64,000 bases of DNA from a virus: the IMG/VR virus record IMGVR_UViG_3300025732_000017; one strand, written 5' to 3'. The notes below the pieces were generated by a model that saw only the letters and a program-made list of their open reading frames with translations, ran no database searches and was not told where the DNA came from. Position numbers and translations under genes: made by a program. Positions 27,606 through 37,847 of this stretch are shown in pieces; position 1 is the first letter of the stretch, and each line of letters starts with the position of its first letter.

Positions 27606-28288
27606 TAACACATGCACTCTTTCCTACTCTTGTTGGAGAATTTCGCTATGACAAGAGAGAAGATTTCAAGCAAAGGTTCTTCAATAGAGTGCTTCATCAC
27701 ATGGATGAACATGGTTACTCCATGGAGACAACAGGAAATGTAGATCTTCATCATGACGATGAGTTGAGCGATATCTTTGACTTTGCTGCTTCAAGTGCGT
27801 TTGAGTACATGAATACGCTTCAGCTAAATGATGAGTTTGATTTGAATCTGGTAAAGACATGGTTGAATATCATAACAGAGTTTCACACACCAAATCATAA
27901 TCATGCTGATGCACATCTATCATTCGTATATTATGTGCAGATACCAGATGAATTGGACAAGCCCGTGAATTTTCTTGTGAAGGACATACCTAATGAACTG
28001 TTTCACGGAATGACAAATGCAAGTATAAAAGAATGGAACATGTGGAATAGTCCCACTTGGTATTTCAAACCAATAGAGGGACAGATGTTCATGTTTCCAG
28101 GCAAACTATTTCACTATACGTCGGGTTATGGTTCTGGGTCTCCCGACGCTCCAGTCAAGACTCTGGATGATCTAAAACCTAGACGCATATCAATCGCCGG
28201 TGACTTTGTTCTAACGTACAAACAAAGAATCGGCCGGGCATATGGTATCATGCCTGTTTCCAATTGGAAAGTGTATAAAGGAGTATAA
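27602..28288 (+). CDS. 2OG-Fe(II) oxygenase (TIGR02466-like)
   Basis: HNHADAHLSFVYY, MFPGKLFHYT, RRISIAGDF. Confidence 0.78.
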   Translation: MITHALFPTLVGEFRYDKREDFKQRFFNRVLHHMDEHGYSMETTGNVDLHHDDELSDIFDFAASSAFEYMNTLQLNDEFDLNLVKTWLNIITEFHTPNHNHADAHLSFVYYVQIPDELDKPVNFLVKDIPNELFHGMTNASIKEWNMWNSPTWYFKPIEGQMFMFPGKLFHYTSGYGSGSPDAPVKTLDDLKPRRISIAGDFVLTYKQRIGRAYGIMPVSNWKVYKGV

Positions 28289-28289
28289 C

Positions 28290-28457
28290 ATGCAGAAGAC
28301 TGAATTTATTCAGCGGAAGTATGATGGTAAGTGGGTTCTTTGGTCGTATGAAGTTGATCCGACCATTGATCTTGAAGATTTTCGTGGTCGCGAGATGTTG
28401 ATTCCCTATCGTTGGGTTCCTCGTGGCGTTTATGATTACATTGTGGAGTTTGAATAA
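28290..28457 (+). CDS. Small hypothetical protein
   Basis: AGGAG RBS; 55 aa; coupled TAATG overlap with the next gene. Confidence 0.5.
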   Translation: MQKTEFIQRKYDGKWVLWSYEVDPTIDLEDFRGREMLIPYRWVPRGVYDYIVEFE

Positions 28458-28756
28458 TGGCTAATATTCGTATCATCAAGTTGATTACTGGCGAAGAACT
28501 TCTCGGTGATGTCACCGATCAAGGACTTGCATATTCTATCAAGAATGCAGTAATCGTTGCTCTTGTTCCTAGCAGAGCAAATCCACAGCAGCCGTCAATC
28601 GGTCTTGCTCCTTGGATGCCATATGCTGAGAATGAACCAATCATTATCTCAAAAAGCAATGTTGTATACGACGCAAAGCCAATCAAGGAAATGGTGAACA
28701 ACTACAATTCAATCTTTGGTGGAATCATTACCCCGCCTAAGACTCTTCTTGTATGA
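28457..28756 (+). CDS. Conserved T4-like hypothetical protein (Sm-like fold suspected)
   Basis: IIKLITGEELLG...IKNA...GLAPWMPY...Y...FG.II.P; lies upstream of gp43. Confidence 0.65.
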   Translation: MANIRIIKLITGEELLGDVTDQGLAYSIKNAVIVALVPSRANPQQPSIGLAPWMPYAENEPIIISKSNVVYDAKPIKEMVNNYNSIFGGIITPPKTLLV

Positions 28757-28783
28757 TTCATCATTTCATGATATCATCAAAGA

Positions 28784-31342
28784 ATGAAAAATGATTTCTA
28801 CACAAATGTCGCTGTTCTTGGCAACAACATTCTTTATCGTGGAATAAGAGACGGTAAAAGAATCCGAGGAAAGATACCATATAGACCTACTCTATATGTA
28901 GCCTCCAAGAAACCTACGGAATACAAAACTCTCTTCGGAGACTATGTAGATACCATGCGTCCTGGTGGCATCAAGGAGTGTCGTGAATTCGTTGAACAAT
29001 ACAAAGATGTCAGCGGATTCACGATATATGGTAATACAAACTATCAATATGCATTCATTTCGGATGCTCATCCAAACGATATTGATTGGGATATTGAAAA
29101 ACTCAATATCGCAATAGTTGATATTGAGGTTGCATCCGATAATGGCTTTCCTGAGCCAACAGCTGCCAATGAAGAGATTACTGCCATCACGATCAAGTTA
29201 GATGGTAAGTATCATGTCTTTGGCTGTGGTGCATTTGATGCATCGGCGATGGAATATGATGTTCAATATGTAAAATGCTCAAGCGAAGTTGATCTTCTCA
29301 AGAGATTTCTTGATCATTGGACATTGAACTACCCAGACATCGTGACTGGATGGAACATCAAGTTCTTTGACTTTCCCTATCTTGTCAATCGCATCAACAA
29401 GATCCTTGGCGAAAAGGAAGTCTTTCGCTTATCTCCTTGGGGTCGTGTGAGTGATCGCACGGTCACGATCATGGGTCGTGCAAACATTGCATATGAGATG
29501 CTTGGAATTGCAACACTTGATTACATTGAAATGTATCGCAAGTTTGCGCCAGGTGGTGTCTCGCAAGAGTCATATAAACTCAACAATATTGCCAATGTGG
29601 AGATTGGTGAGAAGAAGATTTCATATGAAGAGTATGACAATCTCCATACTCTTTATCGCGAGAACTATCAGAAGTTCATTGAGTATAACATTCACGACGT
29701 TCGTCTTGTGGAAAAGCTTGACGACAAGTTGAAACTCATTGAACTTGCGTTGACCCTTGCATATGATTCCAAGACGAATTATGAAGATGTATTCACACAG
29801 GTTCGCATGTGGGATGCATTGATCTATAATCATCTTCGCAAGAAGAACATTGTCATTCCGCCAAAGAATGACAATGAAAAGAATGCTGCATATGAAGGCG
29901 CATTCGTCAAGGATCCTCTTGTTGGTATGCACAGCTGGATGGCAAGTTTTGACTTGAACTCGCTGTATCCACACTTGATCATGCAGTATAATCTATCACC
30001 AGAAACTCTTGTTCAGCCATTGGATTATACCGATGAGATGCATCAGGTATTGCGTAACAGGATTTCAGTTGATGAACTTCTTGCTCGTAATGTGGATACA
30101 TCTGCGCTCAAGGAATTGAATGTCACATTGACTCCAAACAAGCAATTCTTTCGCACGGACATTCATGGCTTTCTTCCAGAGATGATGGAACGCATGTATG
30201 ATGATCGTTCCGTCTACAAGAAGAAGGCTATTGAAGCCAAGAAGGAATTGGAGACTTGCAAGGATGAGGCTATGCGCTACGAAATTGAAAAGCGTATAGC
30301 AAGATACAATAATCTACAGCTTGCAAAGAAGGTGTCATTGAATTCAGCTTATGGTGCGATGGGTAATCAATACTTCCGATTCTTTGATATTCGCATCGCG
30401 GAAGCAATCACTCTTGCTGGTCAGTTATCCATTCGCTGGATTGAGTTGCGTATAAATGAATACATGAACAAGTTGCTGAAGACGGAGAATGTTGATTATG
30501 TGGTTGCATCGGATACAGATAGCATTTACCTTACGCTTGATGCGATTGTACGCAGATCTTTTGGTGATCGTGTCGGATCAACTGATCCTGCAAAAATCAT
30601 CGCATTCATGGACAAGGTATGTGAAACTAAGATTCAACCTTATATTGATGAGGTGTATCAAGATCTTGCTTCGTATATGAATTCGTATGCACAAAAGATG
30701 CAAATGAAGCGAGAGGCTCTTGCTGATCGTGGCATCTGGACTGCAAAGAAAAGATATATCATGAATGTGTACAACAACGAAGGCGTGCAATATGCAAAGC
30801 CCAAGTTGAAGGTCATGGGGCTTGAAATGATCAAGTCTTCCACACCTGCTGCCATTCGTGAAAAGATGAAGGACGCGATTGAGATCATTCTTCGCGGATC
30901 AGAAGCTGATGTCCAAAACTTCATTGAAAGGTTCAAGGACGATTTTAAGAATCTTCCACCTGAAGAGATTTCATTTCCTCGCGGTGTTACTGGCATGAAA
31001 GATTATGCAGATGCCAGTAACGTATACAAGAAAGGCACACCAATCCATGTAAAGGGTGCTTTGCTCTATAACAATCTATTGCAGAAGCATAAACTGACAA
31101 AGAAGTATCCTAAAATACAGGAAGGCGAGAAACTTCGCTTTACATATCTCAGACTTCCAAATGTCATAAATGATACCGTGATATCATATCCTGGCAGACT
31201 GCCTCCAGAGTTTGATCTACATAGATTTGTGGATTATGACTTGCAGTTTGACAAGGCTTTCATTGAACCGCTCAAGTCAATTCTTGATTGCGTTGGATGG
31301 AAGGCTTATCAGGAATCTGACTTGACTTCTTTCTTCTCTTGA
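28784..31342 (+). CDS. gp43: Family B DNA polymerase (T4 gp43)
   Basis: Exonuclease DIEV, GWN..FFD and YNIHDV; polymerase SFDLNSLYP, K..LNSAYG, DTDS, KKRY. Uninterrupted. Confidence 0.97.
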   Translation: MKNDFYTNVAVLGNNILYRGIRDGKRIRGKIPYRPTLYVASKKPTEYKTLFGDYVDTMRPGGIKECREFVEQYKDVSGFTIYGNTNYQYAFISDAHPNDIDWDIEKLNIAIVDIEVASDNGFPEPTAANEEITAITIKLDGKYHVFGCGAFDASAMEYDVQYVKCSSEVDLLKRFLDHWTLNYPDIVTGWNIKFFDFPYLVNRINKILGEKEVFRLSPWGRVSDRTVTIMGRANIAYEMLGIATLDYIEMYRKFAPGGVSQESYKLNNIANVEIGEKKISYEEYDNLHTLYRENYQKFIEYNIHDVRLVEKLDDKLKLIELALTLAYDSKTNYEDVFTQVRMWDALIYNHLRKKNIVIPPKNDNEKNAAYEGAFVKDPLVGMHSWMASFDLNSLYPHLIMQYNLSPETLVQPLDYTDEMHQVLRNRISVDELLARNVDTSALKELNVTLTPNKQFFRTDIHGFLPEMMERMYDDRSVYKKKAIEAKKELETCKDEAMRYEIEKRIARYNNLQLAKKVSLNSAYGAMGNQYFRFFDIRIAEAITLAGQLSIRWIELRINEYMNKLLKTENVDYVVASDTDSIYLTLDAIVRRSFGDRVGSTDPAKIIAFMDKVCETKIQPYIDEVYQDLASYMNSYAQKMQMKREALADRGIWTAKKRYIMNVYNNEGVQYAKPKLKVMGLEMIKSSTPAAIREKMKDAIEIILRGSEADVQNFIERFKDDFKNLPPEEISFPRGVTGMKDYADASNVYKKGTPIHVKGALLYNNLLQKHKLTKKYPKIQEGEKLRFTYLRLPNVINDTVISYPGRLPPEFDLHRFVDYDLQFDKAFIEPLKSILDCVGWKAYQESDLTSFFS

Positions 31343-31374
31343 TATAAAATAAGACATATTTGAAGGAGTGTTTC

Positions 31375-32424
31375 ATGAGTAATATTTTCTCGGCCTTGAT
31401 CAAAGAGGCTGGTAACGAATATGCCAGTCTTGTTGAAGACGGCATTGAAGCGGGCGATGTAACTGGCTATATTGGTACTGGTTCATATGTACTGAATGCA
31501 TTGCTTTCTGGTTCAATCTATGGTGGTCTTCCAGCAAACAAGATCACAGCACTTGCTGGTGAGCCTGCTACTGGCAAGACCTATTACACGCTGAATATCG
31601 TCAAGCAATTCTTGATTGATAATCCAAATGGCGGTGTGATGTACTTTGAGTCTGAGTCGGCTCTAACGAAGCAAATGTTTGTTGATCGTGGAATTGATGT
31701 TCGTCGTGTCCATATCATTCCCGTGACAACAATCCAAGAGTTTCGTACACAGGCAGTAAAGATTCTGGACAAGTATACAGAAACTCCTGCTGGTGATCGT
31801 CCACCAATGCTCATGGTGCTTGATTCGCTTGGCAATCTTTCTACCGAGAAAGAAATCACAGACATCTCCGAGGGTAAAGACACGCGAGACATGACACGCT
31901 CTCAGTTGATTCGTGGTGCATTTCGTGTCATTACATTGAAACTCGGCAAGGCCAAGGTTTCAATGATCATTACCAATCACACATATGATGTCATCGGTTC
32001 ATATGTTCCGACAAAGAAGATGGGTGGCGGCTCAGGTCTTGAATATGCCGCATCAACGATCATCTTCCTCTCCAAGAAGAAAGAAAAGCAGGACAATGAA
32101 GTCGTAGGCAACATCGTCAAGTGCAAGCTGCAGAAGAGCCGTTTGACGATTGCAGACAAGGTCGTTGAGACGCTTCTTCGCTACGATACTGGTGTAGACA
32201 AGTATTATGGTTTGCTTGATCTTGCAATCAAGTTCAACATCATCAAGAAGGTTTCAACTCGTCTTGAGCTGCCAGATGGCACCAAGGTATTTGAAAAGAA
32301 CATTCTTGAGAATCCAGAGAAGTACTTCACGCAGGAAATTCTTGATCAGATCAATGAAAACTGTGCGAATGAATTCTTGTATGGTAAGACGGAGGTAGCG
32401 ACCGATGATAGTGAAGAAGGTTAA
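31375..32424 (+). CDS. uvsX: RecA-like recombinase UvsX
   Basis: [36 protein letters not shown]. Confidence 0.95.
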   Translation: MSNIFSALIKEAGNEYASLVEDGIEAGDVTGYIGTGSYVLNALLSGSIYGGLPANKITALAGEPATGKTYYTLNIVKQFLIDNPNGGVMYFESESALTKQMFVDRGIDVRRVHIIPVTTIQEFRTQAVKILDKYTETPAGDRPPMLMVLDSLGNLSTEKEITDISEGKDTRDMTRSQLIRGAFRVITLKLGKAKVSMIITNHTYDVIGSYVPTKKMGGGSGLEYAASTIIFLSKKKEKQDNEVVGNIVKCKLQKSRLTIADKVVETLLRYDTGVDKYYGLLDLAIKFNIIKKVSTRLELPDGTKVFEKNILENPEKYFTQEILDQINENCANEFLYGKTEVATDDSEEG

Positions 32425-32830
32425 GGATCTCTTCAAGAAATCCATGGTCATGGACAAGGACTTTGATCTTGATCCAGACTATAAGAGCGAAGACACCAGC
32501 AAGATGGCTGCCATCAAGATAATTACTGGCAGATACAAAGGAATCACATTTTGCTTTGGTGGCATTAGGGTTGAAGACAAGGAAAATCCTGATGGAACAT
32601 ATACATTACACTTTGATTATGATATACTGAATCCAGGTAAACACGATCCAAAAAAACTGGAAGGTAGCCAAGCATTTACGGATACGCTAGGAGCCATTCT
32701 AAATTCTATCATCATAGCCGGGATAGAGAGAGAAAGGGAAATGCACGATGAAGAGACTGGAAACAACTATTCTGAAGAACCTGACACAAAACGAAGAGTA
32801 CGCAAGAAAGGTTCTGCCGTTTCTGAATGA
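32405..32830 (+). CDS. T4 gp40-like head assembly chaperone
   Basis: Lies between uvsX and gp41, as gp40 does in T4. Motif IKI..G.YKG..F.FG....ENPDG...L.FDYDI. Confidence 0.5.
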   Translation: MIVKKVKDLFKKSMVMDKDFDLDPDYKSEDTSKMAAIKIITGRYKGITFCFGGIRVEDKENPDGTYTLHFDYDILNPGKHDPKKLEGSQAFTDTLGAILNSIIIAGIEREREMHDEETGNNYSEEPDTKRRVRKKGSAVSE

Positions 32831-34163
32831 TGACTATTTCACCGAGAGATCGGAGAAACTTGTATTCCAGCACATCAAGGAATTCATTCTAAAGTATAAT
32901 GCTGTTCCGACGCTTGAAGCACTTCATATCAACATCAACAATCTCTCTGGTGTGAAGGAAGAAGAAGTCAAGAATGCTTCTGAAGTATTGAATGCAGTTG
33001 AACAAATAAAGGAAGAGAAAAGCGAACAGCAGTGGTTGATTGACAAGACCGAGAAGTTTTGTCAAGAGAAGGCTATCTACAATGCTGTGCTTGAGTCCAT
33101 TGGCATTCTTGATGTAAACTCAAAGTCTACAAAAGACAAAGGTGCAATTCCAAAGATTCTATCTGATGCATTGGCAGTCAGCTTTGACAGTCATGTCGGT
33201 CATGATTATCTGGCTGACTCTGATGCGCGATATGAATTCTATCATCGCACCGAGAAGAAGATTCCGTTTGATCTGGACTTCATGAACAAGATCACCAAGG
33301 GCGGCATACCTGCAAAGACATTGAATGTGTTTCTTGCTGGTACTGGTGTTGGTAAGTCATTGTTCATGTGTCATGTCGCATCTGCGTGTCTTGTCCAAGG
33401 GTATAATGTTCTCTATATCACGATGGAGATGGCAGAAGAGAAGATTGCCGAGCGTATTGATGCTAATCTTCTCAATGTCACTTTGGATGATCTTTCAAAT
33501 CTTCCTAAGGATGTGTATGACAAGAAGGTTGAGAAGGTGCGAAAGAATACGGTTGGCAAGTTGATCATCAAGGAATATCCAACTGCTTTGGCTAGCACAA
33601 CTCATTTTCGCACACTATTGAATGAATTGCTCTTGAAAAAGAGTTTCCGTCCTGATATAATCTTCATTGACTATCTCAATATTTGCTGTTCAGCAAGAGT
33701 CAAGCCTGGATCAAATATCAATTCGTATACCTACATCAAGGCTATCGCGGAAGAGATTCGTGGTCTGGCAGTTGAGTTCAAGGTTCCTATCGTATCAGCT
33801 ACACAGACGACGAGATCTGGTTATTCAAGTACTGATGTTGAATTGACAGATACTTCCGAGTCGTTTGGTCTACCTGCAACTGCAGATTTCATGGCGGCTT
33901 TGATTTCTACCGAAGAGTTGGAAGCATTGAATCAGATCATGGTCAAGCAGTTGAAGAACCGATATAATGATCCAACGAGCAACAAGAGATTTGTTCTTGG
34001 TATTGATCGTGCAAAGATGCGTCTCTATGATGTAGAGCAATCGGCGCAAGATGACATATTGGATTCTGGTCAAAAGAAAGGAGCTGATGATAAGTTCGTT
34101 GAAAAGGTGATGAAGTCTCCATTTGGTCAAAACAAGTTCAAAACGTCAGGATTGAAGGTGTAA
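32748..34163 (+). CDS. gp41: Replicative DNA helicase (T4 gp41)
   Basis: AGTGVGKSL, YITMEMAEE, IKEYPT, IFIDYLN, SATQTTR, KQLKNRY. Confidence 0.96.
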   Translation: MKRLETTILKNLTQNEEYARKVLPFLNDDYFTERSEKLVFQHIKEFILKYNAVPTLEALHININNLSGVKEEEVKNASEVLNAVEQIKEEKSEQQWLIDKTEKFCQEKAIYNAVLESIGILDVNSKSTKDKGAIPKILSDALAVSFDSHVGHDYLADSDARYEFYHRTEKKIPFDLDFMNKITKGGIPAKTLNVFLAGTGVGKSLFMCHVASACLVQGYNVLYITMEMAEEKIAERIDANLLNVTLDDLSNLPKDVYDKKVEKVRKNTVGKLIIKEYPTALASTTHFRTLLNELLLKKSFRPDIIFIDYLNICCSARVKPGSNINSYTYIKAIAEEIRGLAVEFKVPIVSATQTTRSGYSSTDVELTDTSESFGLPATADFMAALISTEELEALNQIMVKQLKNRYNDPTSNKRFVLGIDRAKMRLYDVEQSAQDDILDSGQKKGADDKFVEKVMKSPFGQNKFKTSGLKV

Positions 34164-34164
34164 A

Positions 34165-34356
34165 ATGATTGAGAATTATTACTATCAACTCGTACAACAG
34201 AATAATGATACATTTACTTGGAATGTCGTTGAAACACAAACCGATCAGACGATTGCGGAGTATATATTTGAAGATGACGCGATTTCAATGGTCATGCATC
34301 TAATGAGTGGTGGTGGCTTTGATGGATTTACTCCGAAGTTCTTTCTGAATCCGTGA
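34165..34356 (+). CDS. Small hypothetical protein
   Basis: Fills the gap after gp41; ends GGGFDGFTPKFF. Confidence 0.6.
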   Translation: MIENYYYQLVQQNNDTFTWNVVETQTDQTIAEYIFEDDAISMVMHLMSGGGFDGFTPKFFLNP

Positions 34357-34357
34357 C

Positions 34358-34930
34358 ATGTTCATATTCAACACTCTAATGCTTCTTCTGAATGGCATTG
34401 ATGTACCTCAGGGTAGAATCAAGGCTACGGACATGAAGAAACGAGTCGCGAATTTATTTGAAAATGTCAAGTTCAATATTGAAAGAACGGATTCTCTTGA
34501 AGACGAAGATTACACCATTGCTGGATTCTATCTTGAAGAATTGCAGGAGATAGAAATCGTTTTCATTATCCCAAAGAAAGCAAAGGGATATTTCAATATA
34601 GAGAATCCAAATCTATTTCGTTTTCATCTAGCACAAACTATACAACACGAATTCATTCATCATCAGCAGTTTCTCAAGAGAGATGAATTGCAAACCGAAT
34701 CCTTTTCATTATGCATGAGGGGAAATAGTGAGCAAAAGTATCTTGGTGAGAGGGACGAGATTGATGCGTATTCGTATGATGTTGCGATTGAGGTAAATAC
34801 ATATGGTTGGGAAGATTCACAAACATTGAGAATATATCGCAAGCAATTTGATCCCAGTCATCCTGTCATGAAGAGGCTTCTAAAGAAGACATACAAGAAT
34901 CTGGGAGTGCTGAATGGACGAAAGAATTGA
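34358..34930 (+). CDS. Putative zincin-like metalloprotein
   Basis: QHEFIHHQQ (HExxH) followed by YLGERDEIDAYSY. Confidence 0.55.
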   Translation: MFIFNTLMLLLNGIDVPQGRIKATDMKKRVANLFENVKFNIERTDSLEDEDYTIAGFYLEELQEIEIVFIIPKKAKGYFNIENPNLFRFHLAQTIQHEFIHHQQFLKRDELQTESFSLCMRGNSEQKYLGERDEIDAYSYDVAIEVNTYGWEDSQTLRIYRKQFDPSHPVMKRLLKKTYKNLGVLNGRKN

Positions 34931-35123
34931 AGAAATGATGCGCGAAACCATGGAGAAGGCTGAAAAGATGGTTTTAGAAGCAAGATCGCGCGACGAATTT
35001 CTTGCGGTAAATGGTTCTTTGCTTGCAGTTGCACAGCGGATGTATGTTGCATATATGGGAAGTGAAGATACGGCCAAGATGTTCTACAACATAGCTGACA
35101 AGTTGGCTGTAAGCAAAGACTAA
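34914..35123 (+). CDS. Small hypothetical protein
   Basis: GGGAG RBS; helical 69-aa product. Confidence 0.55.
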   Translation: MDERIEEMMRETMEKAEKMVLEARSRDEFLAVNGSLLAVAQRMYVAYMGSEDTAKMFYNIADKLAVSKD

Positions 35124-35126
35124 ATA
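35119..35126 (+). promoter_or_regulatory. T4-type late promoter-like site
   Basis: ACTAAATA about 30 nt upstream of a structural-type gene. Confidence 0.55.
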
Positions 35127-35157
35127 CTTGAAAGCATTAAGAAAGAGAAACTGATAA

Positions 35158-36702
35158 GTGGCTCAGTTTAGAATAGACCAACAAGATTTTGTAAGGCCTC
35201 ATAACAGAACGCTGTTTGAGGTGAATATGCAAGCCGATGAGTATGGTCATCTCATGGGAGGATCTCGTTCTGGTCCAACTAAGTATAGTTCATTTGGTGA
35301 ACCTGTCTCTGTTGCTATTAATCCGGTTATTCAGTTAGACGCTCTATATGGATTTGATCCAAGAGAGTTTGAAACGCTATCTGCATCCACTGGTTTTTAT
35401 GAATCAACTGGCACCTTATTTAAAACTCATACTGGCACTGGTGCGTATGGTTATGCGATAATTCGTTCTAATAGAATTCTTCGTTATCGTCCAGGTCAAG
35501 GTGCGTTGTTAAGATTTACTGCTGGATTTGATAACCCTCAAACTGGTGTTACTCTAAGAGCAGGATTCTTTACACAAGAACAATCTATTATGATTGGTTA
35601 TGATGGTGATAGATTTGGTGTGTTGAGGCAGAACGGCGGTAAGGCTCACATAGCAAAATTGACTATAAGTGCTGGCGGCACAGGGACTGCAACAATTACA
35701 CTAAATGGTGTCGCAACAGATGTTGAGATTGCTTCTGCTAATACTACCGTTGTGGCAAAAACTATTGCAGCGGCATCGTTTACTGGATGGATTACAGAAC
35801 AAGTTAATAATGATGTGTATTTTTTATCAACGACATTGGGTGTTAAATCTGATGAATATAGTTTGACGGGCACTGGCACCGGCACGTTTACTACAAGTCA
35901 AGCAGGTGCCGCCGATGTTACTAATTGGACATATCAAGAAGATTTTAACATTGACAAATTAGATGGCACAGGAACTTCTGGTGTCACGCTAGACCCATCA
36001 AAATTAAACATTTATCAAATTAATTTTAGGTGGTTGGGTGCTGGCGAAATTAGATACGCAGTGGAAAATCCTCTGAATGGTGACATGATATTTTTTCATC
36101 ACGAACACTATTCAAATGAAAACACAGATGTACACACCAATAATCCATCATTTAGAATTGGTTATGTTGCCGCTAATCTGACTGGAAATACAATTACAGA
36201 TGCACATACATACGGCGCATCACTGATGGCAGCTATTGAAGGTCAAACAGTTGACAGGGCATTTCCAACAGGAATCACTAGCGATCAAAAATCTTCTTTG
36301 GGTGCAGATACTTATCACTCAATTATTTCTGTGAAAAACTCATTAATTTATCAAAATAGAATCAATCTAAGATTATGTATATTGAAGAAGTTGACTATTT
36401 CCGTTACTACAAACGGCCCAACAAGGCATTACCTGGTATTGAAAGGAACAAAAAGCACAGGAACTTCATGGAGTAAAATTGCTAATTACAGTTCAGTATT
36501 GCAAGATACATCAACAGGAAGTTTTACTTTTGCAAATGAACATCCAATGGCTGCATATACTCTTCCTTCTAATGGTTCCGGTAATTTTGATCTAGAAGAT
36601 CTTCAAATTACAATACCTCCAGGTATGTGGATTGATTTGATGGTGGTTGGAGGTCAGGTCATCAATAGCGTTATTGCAAGTCTGACTTGGATAGAAGTTT
36701 AA
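35158..36702 (+). CDS. Putative virion structural protein
   Basis: G/T/S-rich beta-type composition, RYRPGQG and LDPSKLNIYQINFRWLGAG motifs, late-promoter-like site upstream. Confidence 0.6.
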   Translation: MAQFRIDQQDFVRPHNRTLFEVNMQADEYGHLMGGSRSGPTKYSSFGEPVSVAINPVIQLDALYGFDPREFETLSASTGFYESTGTLFKTHTGTGAYGYAIIRSNRILRYRPGQGALLRFTAGFDNPQTGVTLRAGFFTQEQSIMIGYDGDRFGVLRQNGGKAHIAKLTISAGGTGTATITLNGVATDVEIASANTTVVAKTIAAASFTGWITEQVNNDVYFLSTTLGVKSDEYSLTGTGTGTFTTSQAGAADVTNWTYQEDFNIDKLDGTGTSGVTLDPSKLNIYQINFRWLGAGEIRYAVENPLNGDMIFFHHEHYSNENTDVHTNNPSFRIGYVAANLTGNTITDAHTYGASLMAAIEGQTVDRAFPTGITSDQKSSLGADTYHSIISVKNSLIYQNRINLRLCILKKLTISVTTNGPTRHYLVLKGTKSTGTSWSKIANYSSVLQDTSTGSFTFANEHPMAAYTLPSNGSGNFDLEDLQITIPPGMWIDLMVVGGQVINSVIASLTWIEV

Positions 36703-36753
36703 TTTTAGGAAAAAAATAGATTAAGAAGAAATTTCAAGATAAGGAATAATAAC

Positions 36754-37728
36754 GTGTTAACATTCAAGAACTTTTTGAATTTATCAGAGTCTTTTTTGAT
36801 TGAAGCAAATCAAGGTAGTTATAGTGACGAACATGCACATGTAAAAGTCTGGAATCACATGGTTGAAAAAGGAATTGCTCATGATAAAGAGGCAATGAAA
36901 AGAGAGTTAGAAACTGCAAAGACGGATAAAGCACACCCTTTACATTTTGATAATGCTGGAAAAGAAGGATTTATCGGAGGAAAAAAGACAAAAGATTCCA
37001 AAAATAGTTATCATTCCGAATTAGAAACTGCGATGCATACAGTTCATGCTTTGGCAACACATAAAGGATTTGCTAAAGCAGTAAAAGAAAAACACAAAGC
37101 AAAAGTCATGGGTGGTGCAAAAGGTAGTGTTTCCGACACTTGGAAAAAATACGGAGCAACTAAAGGTGCAACATCTAAAACAGACATTGCAATTTATGAT
37201 CCGAAAAAAGGAGAACACGAAGGTATTAGACTTTCAATGAAAAAGGGTGCAGGTTCTCAATTGATGTCTGGTGGTCCAGAAGAGAATAATGCTACACATC
37301 ATCATGCTGCATTAGAAATGTTGAATAATCATCCAAAATATGCAAAGTTATCTCCAGAAAAGAAAAAAGAGATTCATAATCATATAATGGGGCATATCAA
37401 AAAAGCAGGTAAACATATTGATGCTATGAGAACAGCGTCCAGAGAAAATATGGAAAAATTGAAAAATAGAGCGCAAAAACATTTAAATACTGTACACGAT
37501 GCTTATCCCGAATTGAATCACTATGTTAGAAAAGAAGCAACGACGGGTGAAGGTAAATTTGGTAAAGGAGCTGCACATACAGCATCGTTTCTAGTCAAAT
37601 CTGTATCAGGTAGTAAAGGTGCTAAAGTAGTTCATGTAGATGAACATGATTATGAAGGATCTCGTCCGAGAGCTGCTTTACCAAAAGGTACTGGGCGTTC
37701 GGGTAATTTTAAATTGGATGAAAGATAA
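36754..37728 (+). CDS. Putative capsid-internal protein with nuclease-like motif
   Basis: N-terminal MLTFKNFL..SESFLIE resembles a capsid-targeting sequence. SKTDI...LSMKK is PD-(D/E)xK-like. Confidence 0.5.
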   Translation: MLTFKNFLNLSESFLIEANQGSYSDEHAHVKVWNHMVEKGIAHDKEAMKRELETAKTDKAHPLHFDNAGKEGFIGGKKTKDSKNSYHSELETAMHTVHALATHKGFAKAVKEKHKAKVMGGAKGSVSDTWKKYGATKGATSKTDIAIYDPKKGEHEGIRLSMKKGAGSQLMSGGPEENNATHHHAALEMLNNHPKYAKLSPEKKKEIHNHIMGHIKKAGKHIDAMRTASRENMEKLKNRAQKHLNTVHDAYPELNHYVRKEATTGEGKFGKGAAHTASFLVKSVSGSKGAKVVHVDEHDYEGSRPRAALPKGTGRSGNFKLDER

Positions 37729-37847
37729 TACTTGGAAAAATATATGGCAAATCGCCATCAAAAGGCGATAGTGCAGGAAGAATAGTTATAACTGACGGAA
37801 TACCAAAAACCGCACTAATAGTAAGTATGTCATAATCGGAGAAACAA

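Noticed and set aside
28784-31342. Intein, intron or split in gp43, gp41 or nrdJ
   Set aside because: Lengths are normal, motifs are contiguous, and no splice signatures were seen.
37745-37775. c-di-GMP-I riboswitch (GGCAAA plus stem)
   Set aside because: It lacks the GNRA loop, the GACGCAAAGC segment and the receptor helix.
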